The position numbers and the translations under genes were made by a program. DNA of 64,000 bases, taken from assembly GCA_963514005.1 (NCBI GenBank), contig OY740794.1:15438001-15502000 (forward strand). Direction: 5' to 3'. The notes under the pieces were generated by a model, which ran no database searches, had not been told where the DNA came from, and saw only the letters and a list, made by a program, of their open reading frames with translations. Origin of the DNA: Raja brachyura. Its lineage: Eukaryota. Of this stretch, positions 11,634 to 22,460 are shown in pieces (positions within the stretch are counted from its first letter, which is position 1; every line of letters starts with the position of its first letter).

Positions 11634-13793
11634 TTCTAAAAGGAACTATGCTTTGAAAAGCATCACTTAACTTACACACTGTGGGGGGGATGTACAGATT
11701 TTCCTTCGGAGTCACGTGAGTGACTTCGTGAAGACCCCGCTAGCACGCATGTGCGACATATCGTCGACCGCATGCGATGCGACAGGCAGGGAGGAGGGTC
11801 GCTCCTCCACCGGAACGGACCTGCAGGTAAGAAACAACTAACCTGAGGTCGGGTTTTCTTTCAGGGACTCTGTGGGACAGAGTACCCCACCAAGGGGCCG
11901 CCTCGAAAAACTGACTGCGGAACGCGGGACGCGGACAGTCAGCGGCAGCATCAGTACAAACCCGGAAGTCGGGCAGCCCGTTGACCCGGCAGGGTCCGGG
12001 CTCTGAGACTCACCGTTTGCGGGTAGCAACAGCAGAGCGGCAGCCCCGACTCAACACTACAGCCCGCAGGATCACCGCGGACTGACGGCAACGCTACCCG
12101 GAAGTCGGGCAAGCCCGTTTGACCCAGCAGCTTCCGGGCTCGGAGACTGACATTCGCGGGTAGCGAAGCCAGAGCAGGAGCCCCGACTCAAACGCTGCCG
12201 TACAATTTGAGTCAGGCAGCCCGTTGACTCAGCTGAGTCCGGGCATGACGACCTGCTGTTCACAGAAGCGATCGTATTTCCCGCATGGAGCGGATGATGG
12301 AGCATTTGCCCTGCAACGTTGGACTGGCGGCACAACGCCTGGAAGTGGGCAAGCCCGTTGACCCGGCGGGGTCCATGCTCACAGACTTGCCATTTGCGGC
12401 AGTCTATACTCCCGCATGAGCGGATGGGGAGCACTAGCTCCAACGTGGCACACTCCAGCAGGAGTCTGGTCGCCATGGGTCTCCGAGCAGACCCACGGCA
12501 GTACCCTTTACAGGGCTGCCAAATGCTCACCTTCTTCGAAGAAGGGAATCGCATTACGCAATGTCTGGCTGGGGGGAGCGCTGCTCCACCAGGGGCCAAA
12601 CCTGAAGGTAAGTTTTTAAACTTTTTCCAGGTTATGTTTTACAGGAATCTCTATAAGTCTTACAGAGGCCCTGCTAAATTCTGGGGCGAAGTCCGGATGG
12701 GCCGCGGGAGACCCTTTATGGACCGCGGGGAACTCCAGTCACGGACCACAGGGAATCCCGGTCACGACCTCGGGGAATCCCGCCCACGGACCGGGGGAAC
12801 CCGCTACAGAGACTACGGAATGCGGATAGCGGACGGCAGTCGGGTTCGCTTTTTCGAGTTGCTGGCGGTGGAGCTAGCGGCTTCAGACTGGTGCCGGTAG
12901 CATTGGGCAGCCCAAAGGAGGCAACCGGACAGTGTCAGAGAGGCCCGGGATCGACAAAAAAGGTGGGGGGGGGCAGCGCGCTCCTCTGCCGGCAGCTTAA
13001 AAAAGGACCAACAGGTACGTTTTACTAACCTTGAGTTGGTTAGTTTTCTGTATTGTTTAAATCCCTTACAGAAACTTTGTAATGGAGAGAAGGAGCAAAA
13101 AGAAGGCTGCTTTCAAGCGCGCCACTGAAGACCGCGGGCCATTGAAGGAGTGAGGTCGGCGGCCAACATCCCCGGAGCTGACCGTTGATTTTCCGGCAGC
13201 ACCCGTACCTCGGGCCGGGAATACAGCGCCGAAGTCGGGGAGCCCCGCTCAGTCGGGACCCGACTCTCCACCGCCACAGTCCAGGAAACTGAGAACTGGC
13301 GGGAAGACCGCGCGGGAGCAGGGTAGCCAAGACCCCGACTTCCCACCACTTCAGTACGCACGACCGCGGACTAGCGGGAAAAGAGTGCGGAAATCATGGA
13401 GCTCCGTTTTAACGGCAGGCCCCGGCTCACCGCCTCAGTCTGGAAGACCGCGGACATGTGGCAAATCCGCACACAAGTCGGGTAGCCCGCTGGAGCGGCT
13501 GGCACCGACTTTTCGCCGCATCAGTCCGGAAGATCTGGGACTAGAGGCAGGCTCGCGCGAATGTCGTGTAGCCCCAATGAAGAGGCAGGCACCGACTCCA
13601 CACCGCCTCAGTCTGGAAGACCATGGACAGGCGGCGGATCCGCGCGGGAGTCTTGTAGCCCCGCTGGAGAGGCTGGCACCGACTCTCTACCGCATCAATC
13701 CCATAGACATCACTCCGACGGGGTGCGGACTGGCGGTAATGACCCCATTGATTCTGCAGAATCTGGGGAAGACGACCTGCCGTTTGCAGATAG

Positions 13794-14923
13794 CATTGGG
13801 GGTTCAGTATTGATGTGGATAGAGAACTGGCTGGCAAACAGGAAGCAAAGAGTAGGAGTAAACAGGTCCTTTTCACAATGGCAGGCAGTGACTAGTGGGG
13901 TACCGCAAGGCTCAGTGCTGGGATCCCAGCTATTTACAATATACTTAATGATATGGATGAGGGAATTGAAGGCAATATCTCCATGTTTGTGGATGACACT
14001 AAGCTGGGGGGCAGTGTTAGCTGTGAGGAGGATGCTAGGAGACTGCAAGGTGACTTGGATAGGCTGGGTGAGTGGGCAAATGTTTGGCAGATGCAGTTTA
14101 ATGTGGATAAATGTGAGGTTAACCACTTTGGTGGCAAAAATAGGAAAGCAGACTATTATCTAAATGGTCGCCGATTAGGAAAAGGGGAGATGCAGCGCGA
14201 CCTGGGTGTCATGGTACACCAGTCATTGAAAGTAGGCATGCAGGTGCAGCAGGCAGTAAAGAAAGCAAATGGTACGTTAGCTTTCATAGCAAAAGGATTT
14301 TAGTATAGGAGCAGGGAGGTTCTACTTCAGTTGCATAGGGTCTTGGTGAGACCACACCTGGAGTATTGCGTACAGTTCTGGTCTCCAAATCTGAGGAAGG
14401 ACATTATTGCCATAGAGGGAGTGCAGAGAAGGTTCACCAGACTGATTCCTGGGATGTCAGGACTGTCTTATGAAGAAAGACTGGATAGACTCAGTTTATA
14501 CTCTCTAGAATTTAGGAGATTGAGAGGGGATCTTATAGAAACTTACAAAATTCTTAAGGGGTTGGACAGGCTAGATGCAGGAAGATTGTTCCCGATGTTG
14601 GGGAGGTGCAGGACAAGGGGTCACAGCTTAAGGATAAGGGGAAAATGCTTTAGGACCGAGATGAGAAGGACTTTTTTCACACAGAGAATGGTGGGTCTCT
14701 GGAACTCTCTGCCACAGAGGGTAGTTGAGGCCAGTTCATTGGCTATATTTAAGAGGGAGTTAGATGTGGCCCTTGTGGCTAAGGGGATCAGAGGGTATGG
14801 AGAGAAGTCAGGTACGGGATACTGAGTTGGATGATCAGCCATGATCATATTGAATGGCGGTGCAGGCTCAAAGGGCCGAATGGCCTACTCCTGCACCTAA
14901 TTTCTATGTTTCTATGTTTCTAT
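13794..14923 (+). mobile_element. 5'-truncated CR1 (HER1-like) LINE inserted in DIRS gag
   Basis: GVPQGSVLG, (F)VDDTKL, RPHLEYCVQFWSP; (TTCTATGT)n tail. Confidence 0.92.
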
Positions 14924-15075
14924 GATCGCATAGCCCACATGGAGCAGATGATTGAGCAGCTGCTCCAGAGGGACCTACTCCAGCAGGAGCATGCGTCCCG
15001 TGGACCACGACATGCCCCTTTCCAGGGCTGTCCAACATCTCTCCCTCCTCGGAAGGGAGCGCCAGAAGTCAGGGA

Positions 15076-15944
15076 TTGCCTGACCTGGAAGAGGGGTTGA
15101 CTGAAGACCCTAAGTTGCATGGGATGCAGGAAGAGGAACTTCTGGGGATGGTATCAAAATTCGCACATCCATCCCAGAAAGGGCAACCTCGTCAACCATG
15201 GCTAGCGGCCAGTATCAATCACCTGACCACACACCAACTTCAGGAACAAGTAATTATGGAGACCACAGGCAAGTACCTGGCCCCGGGAATTTGTGTGTCG
15301 TTGAATGAACCAACTGTCAACACACCCATATGGGGGAATATAAGCCTGGGATAAGGGCACAAGAACAGAAAATCCTCAAATTACTGACTTCCGGGATTAC
15401 TGCGTTTGCCAGGTCAATCGATGGTGTGGACATGAGGGAAGAGCAGCAGGATGCCTTAGCCATGCTCTGTAACACGCAATACAATATCAATTGCTTCAGA
15501 AAAAGCTCTATCCGGCCCTCGCTCAACCCCAAATTTGCGGGGTTGTGTAAAACTAGCACTATGCCGCCACCAAGCTTGTTGTTTGGGGATGACCTGCCCA
15601 AACAGGTCAAAGACCTAGACGAGGAAGCAAAGGCGGTCGGCATGATAAAACCACCTTCCTCCAGCAGGCCACCAGCATATCGACGGCAGCATCCATATGC
15701 AACAGCCAACAGGCCCCGGTTTCACCCTGATAGGGTGACGGGTGCAAACCCAAAGGCCGCGCCTCACCCACAGAGGTCTTTTTTAGGCCAAGGCCAGAGC
15801 GACCCACATGGAAAATGCGTCAACCCTACACCACGGCGCCACAACATCCCAAGAACCAAGGATGGAAGGCCAAGTCCCACCGATAACCATGGAGGTAACG
15901 GGGTCTGGTTCCAAAATTCAATGACAACACCGAATGGATATTGA
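15076..15944 (+). pseudogene. DIRS gag-like ORF1 remnant (frameshifted)
   Basis: ...RKSSIRPSLNPKFAGLC...LLFGDDLPKQVKDL resembles DIRS gag C-terminal motifs; located between the DIRS leader and the YR gene. Confidence 0.65.
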
Positions 15945-16421
15945 ACCCCCAAATATATCCTAACATTATAGCAGTATGGTACACCAGATATAAACCTCGT
16001 TGCGTCCAGATTGAACCATCAGATACCAACATAGGTCTCTTGGGAACCAGACACTGGGGCAGTAGCGTTAGCAACATTTTTCGCAACATTGGGGGGAAAT
16101 TGTTCTTCTACGCATTTCCCCCTTTCTGCCTCATCAGTCGGGTATTGCTGAAAACCCATTTGATTCTGTATCAGGGATACTGATAGTACCCGACTGGCCC
16201 ACACAACCATGGTTCCCGGTGGTCCTCGACATGGTGCAGGAAACATGGGTGAAGATTCCTAAATGACCAAACCTCCTGACACATCCCATATCAGGGGAGA
16301 GTCATCCGTGCCATGGTCATCTGAACCTGTTGGCTTGCAGGTTCTGAAGAGACCTTTGTTGGAATTCGGGCTGTCGAACAGGACCATGGACATCATCACG
16401 GCGTCGTGCTGAGAGTCCACA

Positions 16422-17281
16422 ATGAAGCAATACCTTGCCCATGTAAGGAAATGGGAGGTCTTCTGTTCCAGGACTAATATCACTTACGACTCTGCCACCA
16501 TCACAGATGTGCTAGAATTTCTCGCGGGCCTTCACTATGATGAGGGCCTCAGCTACAGTGCCATCGATAGTGCTAGAAGTGCATTATCATCCTACCTCAG
16601 ACTTGGAGTGGGATCCCATCCGTTGGTGTCGAAACTTATGAGGGGCATTTTTAATTACAATCCTCCGAGACCACGATGCGCTGTGACCTGGGATATAGGG
16701 GTAGTGTTGACCCTACTCAGGAGTTGGTCACCAGTTTCGGCACTCCCACTTGCAAAACTCACCTATAAAGTGGTGATGTTGATGGCACTCATTACAGCTC
16801 AGTGACCCTCCACAAACTGAAATTGGACAGGATGGTCTCGACCCCCACCAAGGTAACCTTTTTTATAGACGAGTTACTTAAACATCATAGATCTAGAACA
16901 ACCGGTCTTAAATTGGAATTCCACGCATATCTCTATGATGTACGCCTCTGTATAGCCACCCATCTCCGACATTATATTAATGTCACTCAAAATTTAAGGG
17001 GAATGGAAACAGGTCTATTTATCAGTTTTAAACGCCCGCACTACAGGGTAACTCTGCAGGCTATTTCCAGGTTGCTCAGGGTGGTGTTGGATGCAGCAGG
17101 GGTAGACACTGATATTTTAAAATCTCATTCTACCAGGGCTGCGTCCACATCAGCGGCGAGGACCATGGAGGTACCCATGTACCATGTCCTCGCAACAGCG
17201 GGCTGGGCCAATGAAGGCACGTTTCAATGGTTTTATAATAAACCTGTGGCCACTCCTGTGACATTTGCAGATACTGTTTGA
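16422..17281 (+). pseudogene. DIRS tyrosine recombinase (SAM-like plus catalytic domain), frameshifted at ~16800
   Basis: VLEFLA.L...GLSYSAI..ARSALSS, HPLVSKLMRGIFN..PP.PR...TWD, HSTR, and AGW....TF..FY.KP. The first catalytic Arg region (AQR) is lost at the frameshift. Confidence 0.85.
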
Positions 17282-18167
17282 AGTTCTGTTCCCTGAACAG
17301 TCTCCGAACTCAGGGTTTTTTTGTTTGTATTAATAAATACATTATTGTTTTTCTGCCCTGTTTCACATCTGAAATACGTTAACATACTTCCTCCATCAGT
17401 TATTACGGCAGTGTGTGATCATGGACGTGGTCCAGGGCATGAAATCACAGAGCTTTGAAATCTTCACGAAGTCACTCACATGACTCTGTAGTAAAATAGT
17501 AAGATTAAATGAGAACTTACTAGTTTGAAGTTTGATCCTTATTTTATGAGGAGATACGATGAGGGATTTCGTGCCCTCCGGTCCCAACCCTCTATCATAA
17601 GGTCAACTGGTATATGGTTTTTCTTAATCTTACTATCTCCAGTCAGTTCTATTATCTGGGATTTCACACCGCTGCTTTGAAGAATGTCGCGCATGCGTGC
17701 TGACGGGGTGTTCACGAAATCCCTCATCGTAACTCCTCATAAAATAAGGATCAAACTTCAAACTGGTAAGTTCTCGTTAAATCGTACTATTTTGACTGTC
17801 ATTTATATATTCTGACAACATTTCATCAACTGCTGTGTTTTAATCAATCACTTCATGAAGAAATGGATTTGTCTGCCAGTCTTTTATGTCATGCAGAGTA
17901 ACGTAAGAATCCACGATAAAGTAAGTTTATTCAATAGAGCAGGCTTGATGAGGCAACATTTTTATTCAATGCTTGGCGCTTCTTGTGCTTATAATTTATT
18001 AGCCTCGTGAGATTGCCACACCAGGAGGCAGTGAAACCTTCTGGATAAGATGATAAACTAGCTTGTGCTTTTTGAATTTCCATCCACGGCTTATGGAGGT
18101 TGCTGGAGGATGGCCAACATGTATTGTCCATCCAATTGTTGGATATCTAATAAATTTGGCCTGCAGT

Positions 18168-18338
18168 TTTCAAGAGAGAATTAGATTTAGCTCTTAGGGC
18201 TAAAGGAATCAAGGGATATGGGGAAAACGCAGGAACGGCGTAGTGATTTTGGATGATCTGCTATGATCATATTGAATGGCGGTGCTGGCTCGAGGGGCTG
18301 AATGACTCACTCCTGCACCTATTTTCAATGTTTCTATG
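18168..18338 (+). mobile_element. CR1 3' terminal fragment
   Basis: GGATGATC...ATGATCATATTGAATGGCGGTGC...CTCCTGCACCTATTTT...TTTCTATGT. Confidence 0.8.
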
Positions 18339-19067
18339 TCATATATCGAGCACTGTAGATTTCCTTCTCTCAAAGATAGTGGTAAATCAGATGGGTTTTA
18401 TAATATTCCAAGGGCTTTGTAGTTTTTCTTTAAATTCCAAATTTGATTTGCTTTTTTGTTAGCAAAATTCAACATGTCAAACTGACAATGATGGGATTTC
18501 TCTGGACAATTCATTTCCAGTTCTGTGGAAGATCTCACGGCACGAGTTGAAGGAGGTAAGGAATACATCTGGACAACATTTCCCTCTCAGTTAACGTCAC
18601 AAAAATAGTTTATCTGGTCCTTGACACCTGTTCTCATACTGCATTTGTCTACAATCGTGGGAACACTTCAAAAGCACTTTCCAATGTCCTGAAGATGTTA
18701 TAAAAACACCCCAAAAATTATTTCCTTTCATTAAAGAATTGTTTCTCATGTTTGTTTATTGCTTTCAAATTCCCAACTTTTATAACAAAAATGCATCTTA
18801 AAATATTGTAATTTCTCCCATTGTAAACTCAGCATTTAAAACACCTTTATGACAAAGTGCAGGGAATATAACACTGACATTTCAGCTGCTTGTCAAACTT
18901 TTCAAAATGTAAAATGGCTGTCTTTTAAATCTGCCCCATGTTTTCTTGTGATGCACCCTCTGTTGAAAATACCAAGTTACAACACACCAAACTTTCCCAA
19001 TATTCCTGAAATGTTCCTGAAATGTATTCAGTATTATGTTGTCAGAGGCTGAGCAGTAGTCAGTGAC

Positions 19068-19378
19068 TTTACTTTAGACTTTAGAGATACAGTGTGAAAA
19101 CAGGCCCTTTGGCCCCTCAAGTCGGCGCTGACCAGTGATCACCCTGTACACTAGCTCTATCCTATGCACTAGGGACATAGTACAATTTGCAGAAGTCAAT
19201 TAACCTACAAACCTGAACGTCTTTGGAGTGTGGGAGGAAACCGGAGCATTTGGAGGAAATCCATGCTGTCACAGGGAGAACGTACAAACTCCATACAGAC
19301 AGCACCTGTGGTTAGGATCAAATCCGTGACTCTGGCACTGTAAGGCAGCCACTCCGTCCTGTCAATAGTGTCCTGCCA
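19068..19378 (-). mobile_element. V-SINE (HE1-like)
   Basis: Reverse complement of the V-domain and the (CTAAAGT)n tail. Confidence 0.8.
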
Positions 19379-21939
19379 CCAGGTGTACTTATTGCCAAGT
19401 GATCCAGGGCTGAATGTTAGTGCAAGAAGATGGCATACCGCTAAATAGTGTCTACCCTGTAAGATTCCATGAAGAATGTAGCAAAAACAAAATAGATTGT
19501 ATTTAGTTATAGAAAATCTCATAAAGATAGTGTGGTGATTTTGAATTTATTGCATATGTAATACCACCATCACAACGTGAAACCAGAGTATATTCACATC
19601 CAAGATTAGTAACAAAGAAAGACATAAAGTGCTGGAGTAAATCAGCGGGTCAGGCAGCATCCTGGAGAACATGGCTAAGTGGCGTTTTACATCGGGTCAT
19701 CCTGCCGGGAAGAAGGGTCCCATCCCAGAATGTCACCTATCCATGTTCTCCAGCTTGACGCGCTGTTTCATTTTGTGTCTTTTCTCATGGGGTCATACAG
19801 TGTGAGAACAGGCCCTTCGGGCCATGCTAACTAACATGCCCAACCTACACTAATCCCTCCTGCCTGCGTTTGGCCCATATCCTTCTAAACCGATCCTATC
19901 CATGTACCTGTCCAAATGTCTTTTCAACGCTTTGATTTGAGATTTAGTAACACCGAGGCATTTTAATTAAATTATTCTATGCAATTAAATGGTGAGACTG
20001 TATTAGGATAGTTTTATAGACAATGTTTAATTATCAGCAAGTCAAACTGCAGCAGTGGGTAGAAAGAGAGTTGATGTTTCAAGTCGAGGACTCTTGGACA
20101 GAATCTGGCCAGAAGGCAGGAGATGGCGGGCTGTGACCTGTAGAGGAAGCGGCCGAGCCCGGCCCCTCCTCATCCCAGAGGACCGGAGAGGATAGAGGAA
20201 GCTAGCGGCCACAAGAGAAAGGTTTGGTAGGAGAGTGAACCAGGGGGTTTTACCTTCTGCACCCTGAATGTCGGCTGAAGCTGACCGGGCGAGGAGAGGG
20301 ACAACGGTTTGTTGCATGTTCCGGCCAGAGGCCCTGCAACTGGCTGCGGCTCACCTGAATCGGCCGCCTCTCCAGAAGACCAAGCGTGCCGACCGGATTA
20401 CAATGGCGCCACATTCTGGTGACTCTTGCATGCTGTCTCAGTGGACTATTTCTATGTTCTTTGTACTATTGGGGGTTGTCCTTAGGTATGGCAATACTTT
20501 TCTGAACTGTGTGCAAAAAAGGAATTGCACTGACATTCTGTACACCTGATAAAGAACCATTGAACTGTTGAGAACTGGGATGGATGGAAAAGAAGCTTGT
20601 AAATTCAAGGGAGGGTGGGGATGAGGAGTATGTTTGATAGGTTGAAACTGGGGTGACCATGAGGATAAGCTGCAAAGTTATCTGGCGAATGAGTGTATGG
20701 AAGCAGTTAGAGAGTGCAGACAAAAGAATGTAAGTGTTGCAAAATATAGACTAGGAGAGCATGTCTAGCAGGTCTGCCGTGATCATTGCTGAATGGTGGG
20801 ACAGGCTTGAGCGGCCTGTGGGCTTTCTCTTGCTCCTATTTTCTAGTGTTCTTGTGTGATGGACAAGTGACGCAGACAGAGAAACCAAGTTACCTGAAGT
20901 TGTACCATTAAATAGTGAGCCCAGAAATCTGCGATGTGCCCAGATGGAAGAGTTGCTGTTTGTCGAGCTTATATTAGACCTCATTGTAACAGTATAGGAA
21001 GCCACTGACTAGTGTGGGAATGGGAGAGAAAATTAAAGCTGAATACCCCATTTTACATTTTACTTGAAGTTGTCTGTTAAACCCTTACACTACAGAAACA
21101 TTGCCTGTCCATTCCCTCCACAGATGCTGCCTGACCTGCTGAGTTACTCCAGCACTTTGTGTTTTGCTTTTTTCCTTCACCCTCACTCACTTTCTCCAAA
21201 TCAAAGATGTATCTATGGTCATTTGCAAGGCTCCAAGCAATGCCTCTCTTTATTCGGGATAAGTGGAATAGTTTTTGTGTCAGTTCCCTCCAGGCACACT
21301 TCCTCAACTTTTTTCTAGTACATCGCTGACTGCATTTGTTCTGTTTTCAGTACTCATGCGGAACTTGAGCATTACATTATTTTTGTTGCCAGTTTTCACC
21401 CTGCTCTTGCCTTTACCTGGTCAATCTCTCACTTTTCCATCCTTTTCCGCCTCCATCTCAGGAAATAGCCAGCTACTAGCATCCATTACAAGCCTACTGA
21501 CTCCCATAGCCATCTCAAATCCTCTCCATCCTGCATAAGAACTCTATTCCATTCTTTCAGTTCCTTTGCTCCTGTTGTATGACTTGAATGTTAAGGCTTT
21601 CAAAGGTAGTAAGGAATTCTATCCTTTCCAGTTAATATTGCATGGAGGCAGCAACATTATACTCTAATATCATCACAAAGAATATTCAATTCATCAACGC
21701 TGTGGAAATTGTCATACAAATTTGGCACCAAAATATAAAATCTGTTGACGGTGTATAATTGTATTAATTACTCAAAGCCAACTACACATTGTTAGGTTCC
21801 ATAGCAAATTATCCATATCTTTCTTTTCAAGATTTAACCCAATTATAAAGCAAAATATATTTCCAGTACTGTGGCAATAAACTAATGTTTGTATTCCACA
21901 GGATGTTGTATTTGTCAAGCATTTAAGGGAGGATTTAGT

Positions 21940-22460
21940 CATAGAGTGATACAGCATGGAAACAGGCCCTTTGGCCCAACTTGCCCACACCACCCAACAT
22001 GTCCCTGCCACACTAGTCCCACCTGCCGGCGTTTGGTCCATATCCTTCCAAACTTGTCCTATCCATGTACTGTCTGACTGTTTCTTAAACGTTGGGATAG
22101 TCCCAGCCTCAACTACCTTCTCTGGCAGCTTGTTCCATACAACCACCACCCTTTGTGTGAAAATGTTACCACTCAGATTCCTATTAAATCTTTTCCCCTT
22201 CACCTTGAACATATGTCCTCTGGTCCTTGATTCCCATACTCTGGGCAAGAGATTCTGTGCATCTACCCATTTTATTCCTCTCACCTCTATAAGATCATCC
22301 CTCATCCTCCTGTGCTCCAAGGAATAGAGACCCAGCCTACTCAACCTCTCCCTATGTCTCAGACCCTCGAGTCCTGGCAACGTCCTCGTAAATCTTCTCT
22401 GAACCCTTTCAAGCTTGACAATATCTTTCCTATAACATGGTGCCCAGAACTGAACACAAT
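21940..22460 (-). mobile_element. CR1 LINE 3' fragment (second subfamily)
   Basis: MPGLEGL...ERLSRLGLYSLEHRRMRDDLIEV...SRTRGH..KVKGKRF...FTQRVV.VWNKLP. Confidence 0.85.

Larger units (their letters stand above)
11699..17793 (+). mobile_element. DIRS1-type tyrosine-recombinase retrotransposon, internally deleted (RT/RNase H largely missing), interrupted by a CR1
   Basis: ITRs 11726-11760 and 17683-17718. ICR 17461-17573 is complementary to the left end (11707-11734) and the right end (17712-17793). Gag-like ORFs at 13082-15944, a methyltransferase-like remnant (YAFPPF...LIVPDWPTQPWFP, ~16090-16220), and YR ORFs at 16422-17281. Confidence 0.9.

Noticed and set aside
16422-17281. Phage integrase or bacterial contamination
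   Set aside because: Flanked by DIRS gag, methyltransferase remnant and ITR/ICR termini; it is the DIRS recombinase.
18521-18555. Candidate plus-strand exon (ttccag|TTCTGTGG...GAAGGAG|gtaagg), possibly of a neighbouring gene such as RHBDD1
   Set aside because: Good splice signals, but I recognise no protein similarity or partner exons.
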